Source: a virus. From it: a DNA stretch of 64,000 nucleotides. The stretch is taken from positions 2,975-66,974 of the IMG/VR virus record IMGVR_UViG_3300032360_000003, one strand, 5' to 3'. Positions 18,460-28,537 of this stretch are shown here, piece after piece. A program made the position numbers and the translations under genes. The notes beneath the pieces were generated by a model. The model did not search any database, was not told the origin of the DNA, and saw only the letters and a program-made list of their open reading frames with translations. Position 1 is the stretch's first letter; each line of letters opens with the position of its first letter.

Positions 18460-19631
18460 AAATAGCACTTTTGATGGGTCGGGGTGTTGAAGGTTGCGGC
18501 GTCACCAGATATGTGGTAGAGCAATATAATTACATGGTCAACAATGGTCATGATGTAAAAGTATTTTCTACAAAGGATAAGAACTGGGGTAGGAAGAAAT
18601 CACATGAGCTCGTTGTTGAAGAAATCAAAAATGATGAATTATTGTCTCTGAAGCAAAGATTGGTTGATTATGATGTAGTGTTTATACATTCGGTGCCTAG
18701 TACTGGTCATAGTGATGAATGTCAAAATAATTTCTTAGAATTGGTTAAGAGTATTGATTGCTTCAAGGTTTTTATACAGAATGATCATCTTAAAGCATCG
18801 ATGATAAGAAACGCGTTTATGTGGGAAACTGTAGAAGAATGTGATTTAGTTTATGCGCATTCATTAGAAAGTTATTTTTCAGAAACTTTCAGTGTCAAGT
18901 ATAACAATCCATTAGCTCAGTTGATGAATCCAACTGATATTGAACTAGTACAGTTCAATGGGCTGGGCATGGACTTTAAGCCGTTGGAAAAGTACAAGAA
19001 AAATTTTCATGAAAAGAAAAGGAGATTTACATATATAGGACGATTTGCACGGTTTAAGCACCCTGAACGCGTAATTGATTTGCAAGAATATTTATCAAAG
19101 TATGCAATCATTACTGAACTGCGTGGAATTGAGAAGTCGATTGGAGCTAAATATCTTATATACGATAATCCTATAGTAGTTGAAGGTGAAAAATATAATA
19201 ATCCAGATGATTTGTCTGTTGCACATGTTTATGGGCCATATAAGAGGTCTGAAGTATTAGAGGAATTGAGCACATCAATGTTCGGGTGTAATTTCTTTGA
19301 ATTGGAACCAGAATATTATGGCGGTCATATGGAATATGCATCAATTGAGCCTATTGCTGTAGGAACTGTTCCAGTATTTTCTAAGCATTGGGGTGAGAAT
19401 GTATTGCATCCAGAAATAGGAGAAAGGTTTATTGATATAGAAAAATCTGGAGTTTATATAGGCCCAGATAATTATGAAGAAAGTGCTGAGTTGATGTTTG
19501 AAATTTCAAATAGTGAAATTCTTTATAATGAATATGTAGATACTTCTACTGAGGTATTTAGTATTTTTGATGAAAGATGTATTGAGAGAGTAGTTTTTAA
19601 TGTTGAGGGTAAAATTAGCCTTGACAAATGA
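18456..19631 (+). CDS. a-gt: DNA alpha-glucosyltransferase-like enzyme
   Basis: N-terminus MGRGVEGCGVT matches T4 AGT; GRFARFK, MEY, GTVPVF. Confidence 0.85.
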   Translation: MKIALLMGRGVEGCGVTRYVVEQYNYMVNNGHDVKVFSTKDKNWGRKKSHELVVEEIKNDELLSLKQRLVDYDVVFIHSVPSTGHSDECQNNFLELVKSIDCFKVFIQNDHLKASMIRNAFMWETVEECDLVYAHSLESYFSETFSVKYNNPLAQLMNPTDIELVQFNGLGMDFKPLEKYKKNFHEKKRRFTYIGRFARFKHPERVIDLQEYLSKYAIITELRGIEKSIGAKYLIYDNPIVVEGEKYNNPDDLSVAHVYGPYKRSEVLEELSTSMFGCNFFELEPEYYGGHMEYASIEPIAVGTVPVFSKHWGENVLHPEIGERFIDIEKSGVYIGPDNYEESAELMFEISNSEILYNEYVDTSTEVFSIFDERCIERVVFNVEGKISLDK

Positions 19632-19649
19632 AGTTTTTTATGGTATAAT
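19621..19649 (+). promoter_or_regulatory. Sigma70-like promoter
   Basis: TTGACA-17-TATAAT; about 55-bp near-duplicate of the gp55 promoter region. Confidence 0.85.
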
Positions 19650-19678
19650 ATAGTTATAATTTAAAAGTGAGGATATAA

Positions 19679-20350
19679 ATGAATCTTAGTAAGCAAACAG
19701 TGGATATACTTAAAAACTTTTCCACAATCAATTCTTCTATCGCAGTTGATGCTGGAAGTGCACTACAAACAATGTCAGTAATGAAAAATATTTTGGTTAA
19801 ATCAACAGTTGAGGAATATTTTGAAACTGAATTTGCCATTTATGATTTGACTGAGTTTTTAAACCTAAGTACATCTGAAGCTTTTATTGGAGCTGATTTT
19901 GGCTTTAATGATAGTTATGTAGATATTAGTAAAGATAGAGCTACTTCTAGGTATTACTATGCAGATCGTAGTAATATTGTCTCGCCAACAAAATCTATTA
20001 CTATGCCAGATGCTGAAATTGAATTTCAATTAAAACAGGATGATTTGTCTACTATTAGGAATATGAGTTCAGTGTTGGCAAAGTCAGATATGGTTGTTAG
20101 AGGCGATGCGAATTCTATGATATTGTCTGTTTTGGATAAAAAAGATCCAACATCCAATGTGTTTAATTTAGAAGTTGGTGATGGAAATGGTGATGATTTT
20201 GAAATGTATTTTAAAGGAGAAAATCTTAAGCTACTTAGGGGGGATTATACTGTAAAAATTTCCAGTAAGGCTATTAGTCAATTTACACATAATGATATTG
20301 ATTTGACTTATTGGATTGCACTTGAACCAGATTCTAACTATGGTGGATAG
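19679..20350 (+). CDS. gp45: Sliding clamp
   Basis: LKNFSTIN, FAIYDLTEFL, YWIALE. Confidence 0.95.
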   Translation: MNLSKQTVDILKNFSTINSSIAVDAGSALQTMSVMKNILVKSTVEEYFETEFAIYDLTEFLNLSTSEAFIGADFGFNDSYVDISKDRATSRYYYADRSNIVSPTKSITMPDAEIEFQLKQDDLSTIRNMSSVLAKSDMVVRGDANSMILSVLDKKDPTSNVFNLEVGDGNGDDFEMYFKGENLKLLRGDYTVKISSKAISQFTHNDIDLTYWIALEPDSNYGG

Positions 20351-20358
20351 GATATAAT

Positions 20359-21297
20359 ATGCGTGAAGAATTTCTTTGGGTCGAGAAGTATCGGCCTAAG
20401 AGTATTGAAGAATGTATACTCCAAGAGGGTTTGAAAAAAACCTTCTTGGAGTTTGTTGAGAATAGAGAAATTCCTAATTTGTTATTGTGTGGTACAGCAG
20501 GAGTTGGTAAAACAACTGTTGCAAGAGCTCTTTGTGAGCAGATGAATGTAGATTATATTATGATCAACGGCTCAGAAGAATCTGGAATAGATATTCTTAG
20601 GAATAAAATCAAGTCATTTGCAAGTACAGTTTCAATGAGTGGTGGAAGAAAGGTGGTATTATTAGATGAAGCAGATTATCTCAATCCGCAATCAACTCAG
20701 CCAGCTCTACGAGGATTTATCGAAGAATTTAGTGGGAATTGTGGTTTTATTTTCACTTGTAATTTTGCCAATAGGCTTATTCCTCCTATTCATTCGCGTA
20801 CGAGCGTTATTGACTTCAAGACAAAAAAAGTCGAGTTACCAAAACTTGCTAGCCAGTTTCTTGTCAGGGTAAAAAACATACTGGCCAATGAGAATATAAA
20901 TTATGATGAAAAAGTAGTTGCAGAACTCATTATGAAGCATATTCCTGATTGGCGTAGGGTATTAAATGAACTCCAGAGATATAGTGCAAGTGGAACTATC
21001 GATGTAGGAATATTAACTGATTTTTCGCATGTAAATATTGAAATATTATGTAAATATTTGAAAGATAAAGATTTTGGGAGTATAAGAAAATGGACTGTTG
21101 ATAATTTAGATAATGATCCGCATCTACTTTATCGAAAGATTTATGATGTTTTGATAACTAAATTGGTGCCTAGTTCAGTACCTAATGCAGTTTTGATTAT
21201 TGCAGATTATGTATACAAAGCAGCATTTGTGGTAGATCAAGAAATTAATATGATAGCATGTTTGACTGAGTTGATGGGTAGGTGTGAGTTTTCGTAA
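20359..21297 (+). CDS. gp44: Clamp loader large subunit
   Basis: LWVEKYRP, GTAGVGKTT, DEAD, IHSR. Confidence 0.97.
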   Translation: MREEFLWVEKYRPKSIEECILQEGLKKTFLEFVENREIPNLLLCGTAGVGKTTVARALCEQMNVDYIMINGSEESGIDILRNKIKSFASTVSMSGGRKVVLLDEADYLNPQSTQPALRGFIEEFSGNCGFIFTCNFANRLIPPIHSRTSVIDFKTKKVELPKLASQFLVRVKNILANENINYDEKVVAELIMKHIPDWRRVLNELQRYSASGTIDVGILTDFSHVNIEILCKYLKDKDFGSIRKWTVDNLDNDPHLLYRKIYDVLITKLVPSSVPNAVLIIADYVYKAAFVVDQEINMIACLTELMGRCEFS

Positions 21298-21725
21298 TGG
21301 AAATATTTGATTATTTGAATGATATTACTTATAAAAAAGAAAATATAATGGCCGATGGTGATGAACAAATAGAAAATGGTTATGAATCTTACCGTATAAA
21401 TAAGTTTCTTTCGCAACATATCAATTGTATACTTTTTGTAAATGAAATGAATTATCATTCACATTTAGATAATAAGCTCCAGTTTGATTATTTTATAAAT
21501 AGTATTAGGAAGAAGTTCCGCAAGTCAGAGAAATGGCTTAAGCCTGAAGATTTTAAAGCGATTGGTTTGGTAAAGGAATATTATGACTATAGTACTCCAA
21601 AAGCTAAAGAAGCTTTAAAGATTTTGGGTGATGGAGATATTGAATATATAAGAAAGAAACTTTTTAAAGGTGGTACTAGTCATGGTGGAAACGATGATAG
21701 AAGTGGAGCTAGACCAGCCAGATGA
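21297..21725 (+). CDS. gp62: Clamp loader small subunit
   Basis: FDYLNDI, NEMN, QFDYFINSIRK, KEYYDYS. Confidence 0.92.
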   Translation: MEIFDYLNDITYKKENIMADGDEQIENGYESYRINKFLSQHINCILFVNEMNYHSHLDNKLQFDYFINSIRKKFRKSEKWLKPEDFKAIGLVKEYYDYSTPKAKEALKILGDGDIEYIRKKLFKGGTSHGGNDDRSGARPAR

Positions 21726-22065
21726 TTTTTTGAAAGTCAGAGAAACACTTAGTAGGATAGGAATTGCATCTAGGAAAGAAAGTACTCTGTATCAGTCTTG
21801 TCACATATTACATAAGCAAGGGAAATATTACATTGTACATTTTAAAGAATTGTTTGCATTAGATGGTAAACCTACTAATTTTTCAGAAAATGATGAGGCA
21901 CGTAGAAATAGTATAACGAATTTATTAGATGAATGGGGCTTAATAAAAATAGTGAATGGTGATACAAAAACAAATGTAGCTCCATTGAGTCAAATCAAAA
22001 TCCTTACATATGAAGAAAAAGATGGATGGAATTTGGTGACTAAATATAATATAGGGAAGAAATAA
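21682..22065 (+). CDS. regA: Translational repressor
   Basis: DDFLKVRETLSRIG, LYQSCHILHKQGKYYIVHFKELFALDG. Confidence 0.97.
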   Translation: MVETMIEVELDQPDDFLKVRETLSRIGIASRKESTLYQSCHILHKQGKYYIVHFKELFALDGKPTNFSENDEARRNSITNLLDEWGLIKIVNGDTKTNVAPLSQIKILTYEEKDGWNLVTKYNIGKK

Positions 22066-22078
22066 TTCTCCCATATAG

Positions 22079-22134
22079 AATGGCGGGTCAATTGACAGCC
22101 ATTAATTTTTAATCTCGCTTAAATATAAGGAGAT
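22079..22134 (+). promoter_or_regulatory. ROSE-like RNA thermometer in the hsp20 leader
   Basis: Two hairpins; the 3' one, ATCTC-G-CTTA/TAAGGAGAT, pairs with the SD and has a bulged G in a UCGCU motif. Confidence 0.6.
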
Positions 22135-22137
22135 AAT

Positions 22138-22614
22138 GTGATGACAACATTACTTACAGATATACGCAGATTCGATCCTTTTTTTGTTGGGTTCGATCAA
22201 CTTTTTGACCGTCTGGCTTCTTTTGACGCAAAAGAAACCCTCCGTCCAACTACTTATCCACCATACAATATAGTCAAAAAAGACGAGTACAAGTATGAGA
22301 TCGAGCTCGCTGTGGCTGGGATTAGTGCTAAGGATATTAATATCGAGCATAATCCAGAAACAAGTGTCTTGACAGTGGAAGGTTCAAAAGGTGGCACGGG
22401 AGACAATTACCTCCATAAAGGTATAGCCGAAAGAAACTTTGTCAGGACTTGGACATTAGCTGAGAATGTAGAAGTGACAGGTGCTGATTTAAATGACGGT
22501 CTACTCAAAGTCGAATTAGAAAGAATTGTTCCAGAAGAAAAAAGACCAAAAACTATAAAAATTGGAACAAAAAAGGTTTCTAAATCAGAAAAACAGTTAC
22601 TAACTGAGGAATAA
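22138..22614 (+). CDS. hsp20: Small heat-shock protein (IbpA-like)
   Basis: YPPYNI, IELAVAG, YLHKGIAERNF, DGLLKVEL. Confidence 0.95.
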   Translation: MMTTLLTDIRRFDPFFVGFDQLFDRLASFDAKETLRPTTYPPYNIVKKDEYKYEIELAVAGISAKDINIEHNPETSVLTVEGSKGGTGDNYLHKGIAERNFVRTWTLAENVEVTGADLNDGLLKVELERIVPEEKRPKTIKIGTKKVSKSEKQLLTEE

Positions 22615-22636
22615 ACCCAATTCGACTTTGGCAATC

Positions 22637-22663
22637 AAAGGGGAGTCTATGGCTCCCTTTTTT
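22637..22663 (+). terminator. Rho-independent terminator after hsp20
   Basis: GGGAGTC-TAT-GGCTCCC followed by a T tract. Confidence 0.8.
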
Positions 22664-22681
22664 AATTATGAAAAAGGAACT

Positions 22682-25153
22682 ATGAACGATTTTTATACAA
22701 ACATCCAAGTAATTGGTGATGAAATGCTGGTTCGTGCAATAGTGGATGGTAAGCGAGAGAAATACAGAGAAGAATTTTATCCTACCTTATTTTGCCCAAC
22801 CAAAAATCAAACAAAATTTAAAACATTAGATGGTAAGAGTGTTGATAAAATCCAGCCAGGTACTATTACCGAGTGTCGGAATGAAGTTAGAAAATGGAAA
22901 AAGTCCTATAATATAAATTTATATGGTTCTACTGATTGGGTATGTCAATATATCGGTAAAGAATTTGATAATTGTAAGTATGATATGTCAAAAGTTAGGG
23001 TAATGAATATTGACATTGAATGCGGTTCTGAAAGTGGTTTTCCTACTGTTAGAGAAGCAAAAGAAAAGTTGACTGCTATTACATTCAAAGATAGTGAAAC
23101 TGGTAAATATGTAACTTTGGGATGTGGGAATTATATAAATGCAAGAGATGATGTATTTTATGTAAAATGTGTAGATGAAGTTTCTTTAATCCGAAGATTT
23201 ATAGAAATTTATAAGTCTATAGAACCAGATGTAATAACTGGTTGGAACACAAAGTGGTTTGATTTGCCATATCTTATTAGACGTATTAATAATGTATTGG
23301 GATCAAGTGCTAGTAAATTCTTATCGCCATGGGGATTGGTGAAAGAAAAAGTTGATAAGTGGATGGGTCGGGAACATATTGTTTATCACATTTCTGGAGT
23401 AGCACAGTTAGATTATTTTTTACTTTATAAGAAATTTACATATGTAAATCAAGCAAGATATACATTAGATCATATTACAGATGTTGAGTTGGGGGAAGGG
23501 AAACTTTCATATAAAGAATATGGCAACTTACACAATCTTTATAAAGAGGATTATCAGAAATTTATTGATTACAATCTTAAAGATGTTGAGTTAGTTGATA
23601 AGCTGGATGATAAGTTGAAATTGATTGATTTGACTTGTACAATGGCGTACGATTCTGGTACAAATTATGAAGATGTTCTTGGCCAAACGCGTTTTTGGGA
23701 TGCCTACATTTATCATCATTTGAGAAGAAAAGATATAGTTATCCCGCCAAAGAGAGTAGTTGAGAAGAAAGAAAGGGTATATGAAGGTGCATATGTAAAA
23801 GATCCGATTATTGGATTGCATGATTGGGTTGTGTCTTTTGATTTGAATTCACTATATCCGCATTTGATAATGCAGTATAATATTTCACCAGAGACATTTT
23901 TGAAAGATGTACCTAGATTTTTTGTTGATGATGAAGAATTGATGAAGGGGGAAATCTCATTAACTGATTATCCTGATGCATGCATGGCTGGTAATGGATA
24001 TTTCTTCTCTACAAAAGAAAAAGGGTTCCTTCCTGAGTTAATGGAAGAAATGTATAATGATCGGGTGAAATATAAAGATTTAATGTTTGATGCAATTAAG
24101 TCTGGTGATAAGGACAAGATTGCACAATATAATACCATTCAAATGGCTAAAAAGATTTCGTTGAATAGTGCCTATGGTGCAATTGGCAGTGAATATTTTA
24201 GGTATTATGATTTACGTCAAGCCGAGGCAATTACCAAATCAGGACAACTTGCGATCCGTTGGATAGAGCGTAAGATGAATGATTATTTGAATAGTATTTT
24301 AGATACAGAAGATGAAGATTATGTCATTGCAAGCGATACAGATTCTATTTATGTAACTTTGGGTAGTTTGATTGAGAAGGTGATGCCGGTATCAACAACT
24401 GATAAAATTGTTGATTTTATTGATACAATATGCAATGATAAGATAGAGCCTTATATCGATAAGTCATTTGAAGAATTGGCCGAGTATATGAATTCTTATC
24501 GACAAAAAATGATAATGAAACGTGAGGTTATTGCAGAGAAGGGAATTTGGACTTCTAAGAAAAGATATGTATTAAATGTATGGGATAATGAAGGGGTTAG
24601 GAATGAAGAGCCAAAGATAAAAATTATGGGCATTGAAGCAGTAAGGAGTTCAACTCCGCAATCCTGTCGAGATAAAATTTTAGAATCTATGAAGATAATA
24701 TTAAATGGGGATGAAAATGAATTAATTGAATATATAGAGGAATTTAAGAAGAATTTTAAGGATTTGCCTACGGAAGAAATTTCATTTCCAAGAACTGTAA
24801 GTGGTTTGAAAAAATATTTTGATTCGGTACATGGGTATATAAAAGGAACTCCAATACAGGTAAAAGGATCTTTGATTTATAATCAGATATTAAATGATAA
24901 AAAACTGAGTATGGATTATGAATCAATAAAAGAAGGGGAAAAAATTAAGTATACATATTTAAAAGAGCCAAATCCTACTAGGGATAAAGTTATTGCTTTT
25001 GTTAATACTTTGCCAGAAGAATTTGGTTTGGATAAATATATAGACTACGATTTGCAATTTGAAAAATCATATATAGATCCAATCAAGACAGTTACAAATG
25101 CTATTGGTTGGAATCATGAAAGAATATCAACATTAGAGGGGTTTTTTGGGTAA
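22682..25153 (+). CDS. gp43: Family B DNA polymerase
   Basis: DIEC exonuclease motif, SFDLNSLYP, KISLNSAYG, ASDTDS; start placed downstream of the terminator. Confidence 0.98.
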   Translation: MNDFYTNIQVIGDEMLVRAIVDGKREKYREEFYPTLFCPTKNQTKFKTLDGKSVDKIQPGTITECRNEVRKWKKSYNINLYGSTDWVCQYIGKEFDNCKYDMSKVRVMNIDIECGSESGFPTVREAKEKLTAITFKDSETGKYVTLGCGNYINARDDVFYVKCVDEVSLIRRFIEIYKSIEPDVITGWNTKWFDLPYLIRRINNVLGSSASKFLSPWGLVKEKVDKWMGREHIVYHISGVAQLDYFLLYKKFTYVNQARYTLDHITDVELGEGKLSYKEYGNLHNLYKEDYQKFIDYNLKDVELVDKLDDKLKLIDLTCTMAYDSGTNYEDVLGQTRFWDAYIYHHLRRKDIVIPPKRVVEKKERVYEGAYVKDPIIGLHDWVVSFDLNSLYPHLIMQYNISPETFLKDVPRFFVDDEELMKGEISLTDYPDACMAGNGYFFSTKEKGFLPELMEEMYNDRVKYKDLMFDAIKSGDKDKIAQYNTIQMAKKISLNSAYGAIGSEYFRYYDLRQAEAITKSGQLAIRWIERKMNDYLNSILDTEDEDYVIASDTDSIYVTLGSLIEKVMPVSTTDKIVDFIDTICNDKIEPYIDKSFEELAEYMNSYRQKMIMKREVIAEKGIWTSKKRYVLNVWDNEGVRNEEPKIKIMGIEAVRSSTPQSCRDKILESMKIILNGDENELIEYIEEFKKNFKDLPTEEISFPRTVSGLKKYFDSVHGYIKGTPIQVKGSLIYNQILNDKKLSMDYESIKEGEKIKYTYLKEPNPTRDKVIAFVNTLPEEFGLDKYIDYDLQFEKSYIDPIKTVTNAIGWNHERISTLEGFFG

Positions 25154-25506
25154 TGTTTCAATATTACTGTGAATTGAAAAGGGTTATTGATGGAGATACT
25201 GTCGATGCATATATTGATTTAGGTTTTTCTGTCATTGTTAAAAAGCGTATAAGGTTTTATGGCATCGATACTCCAGAAAGTAGGACGCGTGATCTGGAAG
25301 AAAAGAAGCGTGGTCTTGCAGCGAAGGCACGTTTGATTGAATTGTTAGAAGCTAATGATAATAAATTTGTTTTAACTTCACATGGCGTCGGTAAATTTGG
25401 TCGGTGTTTGGGTGAATTATTTTTAAGTGATACTGATGATAAGTCTGTGCAATCAATCTTGATTGAGGAAGGTCATGGCACAGAATATTATGGAGGCAAA
25501 AGATGA
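25153..25506 (+). CDS. Thermonuclease (SNase-like)
   Basis: VIDGDT, RIRFYGIDTPE, GKFGRCLG. Confidence 0.88.
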   Translation: MFQYYCELKRVIDGDTVDAYIDLGFSVIVKKRIRFYGIDTPESRTRDLEEKKRGLAAKARLIELLEANDNKFVLTSHGVGKFGRCLGELFLSDTDDKSVQSILIEEGHGTEYYGGKR

Positions 25507-26045
25507 GAGTATATGAATTAGCCAAGGAATATGACAAAAAGGCTACTGATTTTGTAGATATTATTCAAAGTTTTGGAATTGATGTAAAAAGTCATTTGAG
25601 TTCGTTGGATGATGATAGAGTGGTTGAAATTCGGAATAAATTGGATACAAAGCAGGTTGCAATTGATTTAGAAAATGATTTACTTGAAAGGAAAATAGGA
25701 GTTAAGGAGCCACTTGAAGACAGTGATCGCGATGTTTGGACTTTGGGTACTGAAGATACGGTTGTTGAACCAGACAAAGAAGGAGTTTCAACAGAGGATA
25801 TTGAAGAAGCATTGGCAGCCAATATAAAAGCTGCAGGTGGTGCTCGTGAGAAATATGCAGAAACTGTTCAGGCTATAGTGGAAGATCCAAAAAATTGGTC
25901 AACGCCTACAGCTCGTCAGGATGACGATAAAGAATGGGTAGAAAAGGTTACGGATGCAGATGTCTGGGCAGATGCAAAAATTGAAGAAGGTGAAGATGTT
26001 GAAAAACTAACTTTTTGGGGTTGGTTGAAGAAGATCTTTATTTAG
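25503..26045 (+). CDS. Protein with a translation initiation factor IF2 N-terminal-like domain
   Basis: MRVYELAKE...GIDVKSHLSSL; acidic middle; amphipathic C-terminus. Confidence 0.7.
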   Translation: MRVYELAKEYDKKATDFVDIIQSFGIDVKSHLSSLDDDRVVEIRNKLDTKQVAIDLENDLLERKIGVKEPLEDSDRDVWTLGTEDTVVEPDKEGVSTEDIEEALAANIKAAGGAREKYAETVQAIVEDPKNWSTPTARQDDDKEWVEKVTDADVWADAKIEEGEDVEKLTFWGWLKKIFI

Positions 26046-26051
26046 GAGAAA

Positions 26052-27152
26052 GTGATGACTGAATTTTTAGAAAATATAGTAAAGGATTTAGATGATGAAC
26101 ATACCACAATTGCTTCAGAAGGTAAATCTTCTGCAGAGTTCAGTGGTACGATGGATACTGGATCTTTTATCCTTAATGCTATTTTATCTGGATCACTCTA
26201 TGGTGGAGTTGCAAATAATAAGATAACTGCGTTTGCAGGTGAAGCTTCAACAGGAAAAACTTTTTTTGTGTTAGGAGTGATCAAGCAGTTTTTGATGGAT
26301 AATGAACAAGGTGGAGTTATATATTTTGATACGGAATCTGCTGTTACTAATGAAATGATGCAGGTTCGTGGAATTGATACTACTAGGATAGTAAAATCGG
26401 AACCAGATACAATTCAAAAATTTAGACATACATCAATCCAAATTTTAGACAATTATATTGCACAGGATGAAGAAGAGCGGAAACCTTTGGTTATGGTTTT
26501 GGATAGTCTTGGGCAGTTGTCATCAACAAAAGAAATTGAAGATACTGCTGAAGGTAGTGAAACCAGAGATATGACCAAAGCTCAGATACTCAAAGCAACA
26601 TTTAGAGTAATGAACTTGAAACTTGCGAAAGCAGGAGTTCCGTTACTTGTTTGTAATCATGTATATGATGTGGTAGGTTCGTACTTTCCACAAAAAGAAA
26701 TGTCTGGTGGATCTGGTCTAAAATATTCTGCATCAACAATACTCAACTTATCTAAGAAAAAGGAACGTGATAATGGTGAGGTAATCGGAAATATAATAAA
26801 AGTGCGAACTGAAAAAAGTAGACTGACTAAAGAGAATCAATTGGTGGAATGCTTATTGACATATGAAAAAGGATTGGATAGATATTATGGTTTGGTGGAG
26901 TTAGGAGTTGAAACTGGCTTATTTAAGAAAGTATCAAATCGTGTCGAAATGCCAACTGGTGAAAAGATCTATGCAAAGGTTATATATGCAGAGCCGAGTA
27001 AATATTTTACAGATGAGATAATGGTAGAATTGGAAAAGATAGCAAAAGAGAAGTTTTGCTATGGTATGGAAACTGAATCCAATCCAACAAAAAAGGAAAC
27101 TCAAGAGGAATTAACAGAAACTATAACACTTATAGATAACGAGGTCGAATAG
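26052..27152 (+). CDS. uvsX: RecA-like recombinase
   Basis: AGEASTGKT, FDTESA, DSLG, MSGGSGLKY. Confidence 0.96.
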   Translation: MMTEFLENIVKDLDDEHTTIASEGKSSAEFSGTMDTGSFILNAILSGSLYGGVANNKITAFAGEASTGKTFFVLGVIKQFLMDNEQGGVIYFDTESAVTNEMMQVRGIDTTRIVKSEPDTIQKFRHTSIQILDNYIAQDEEERKPLVMVLDSLGQLSSTKEIEDTAEGSETRDMTKAQILKATFRVMNLKLAKAGVPLLVCNHVYDVVGSYFPQKEMSGGSGLKYSASTILNLSKKKERDNGEVIGNIIKVRTEKSRLTKENQLVECLLTYEKGLDRYYGLVELGVETGLFKKVSNRVEMPTGEKIYAKVIYAEPSKYFTDEIMVELEKIAKEKFCYGMETESNPTKKETQEELTETITLIDNEVE

Positions 27153-28537
27153 TGAGTAGAATAGAATCTACTATTTTGAGAAATTTACTTTATAATGAGG
27201 ATTACGCACGAAAGGTTATACCTTTTATTGAGTCGGAATATTTTCATGATAGAACAGAGAAGTTAATATATCATGAAATATTTTCTCATATGGAGAACTA
27301 TAATACATTACCTACAAAAGAAGTTATAAGTATAGCAGTTGGTCAGGGCAATAAAATCACTGATGAAGAATATACAAAACTTATAGGATATGTGGATAAT
27401 TTAGAGCAGGATGGGCCTATTGATATTGATTGGCTCACTGATGAAACTGAAAAGTTTTGCAAAGATAAATCATTGTATAATGCAATAATGGAATCTATAA
27501 AGATATATGATGATAAATCAAAGGAAAAAACAGTAGAGAGTATACCAGAGTTGGTTGGTAAAGCACTTTCTATCAGTTTTGATCCTGATGTTGGTCATGA
27601 TTATATTGATAACAGCGACGAGCGGTTTGATTATTATCATAGAAAAGAGGAAAAGATACCGTTTGATTTGGAGTTGATGAATAAGATAACTAAAGGTGGA
27701 TTGTCTAAAAAATCATTGAATATAGTTATGGCGGGTACTGGAGTTGGTAAAAGTTTGTTCATGTGTCATTGTGCAGCTGGTAACTTAACTGATGGTAAGA
27801 ATGTTTTGTATATTACACTGGAGATGGCAGAGGAAAGGATTGCAGAGAGAATTGATGCAAATTTATTGAATGTGTCAATGGAAGATTTGAGGCAATTGCC
27901 AAAGGATTTGTATGAACAAAAAATAGAAGGTATAAGAGAAAAAACAGTTGGTAAGTTGATTATAAAGGAATATCCAACAGCTGTTGCTCATGCAGGACAT
28001 TTCCGTCATTTATTGAATGAATTGCGGTTAAAAATAAGTTTTACTCCCGATATAATTTACATAGATTATATAAATATTTGTGCGTCAAGTAGAATTAAAG
28101 CTAGTGCATATACAAATAGTTATAATCATATAAAGTCGATTGCTGAGGAAATAAGAGGTTTGGCAGTTGAAAGAAATGTACCTATAATGAGTGCAACGCA
28201 GACCAATAGGGTTGGATTTTCAAATACAGATGTTGAACTTACAGATACATCTGAAAGTTTTGGTTTACCGGCAACTGCTGACTTTATGATTGCAATTATA
28301 AGCACCGAAGATTTGGATAATCTCGATCAGATAGCAGTTAAGCAATTGAAGAATCGTTATAATGACCCAACCATATATAAAAAATTTGTTGTTGGTTTGG
28401 ATAGATCAAAAATGAGATTATATGATGTTGAAGATAATGCACAGAGTGAAATAGTAGACAATAACATTGGTGATTTAACAACAACAAATGGCTTTAATAA
28501 GTCCAGAGATTATGATTTTGAGGGAATACAACTATGA
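27152..28537 (+). CDS. gp41: Replicative helicase
   Basis: AGTGVGKS, ITLEMAEERIAERIDAN, SESFGLPATAD, QLKNRY. Confidence 0.97.
   Translation: MSRIESTILRNLLYNEDYARKVIPFIESEYFHDRTEKLIYHEIFSHMENYNTLPTKEVISIAVGQGNKITDEEYTKLIGYVDNLEQDGPIDIDWLTDETEKFCKDKSLYNAIMESIKIYDDKSKEKTVESIPELVGKALSISFDPDVGHDYIDNSDERFDYYHRKEEKIPFDLELMNKITKGGLSKKSLNIVMAGTGVGKSLFMCHCAAGNLTDGKNVLYITLEMAEERIAERIDANLLNVSMEDLRQLPKDLYEQKIEGIREKTVGKLIIKEYPTAVAHAGHFRHLLNELRLKISFTPDIIYIDYINICASSRIKASAYTNSYNHIKSIAEEIRGLAVERNVPIMSATQTNRVGFSNTDVELTDTSESFGLPATADFMIAIISTEDLDNLDQIAVKQLKNRYNDPTIYKKFVVGLDRSKMRLYDVEDNAQSEIVDNNIGDLTTTNGFNKSRDYDFEGIQL

Noticed and set aside
22628-22681. N-terminal extension of gp43 from the ORF track
   Set aside because: It overlaps the hsp20 terminator; ATG 22682 has an AAGGA SD and matches the usual gp43 start.
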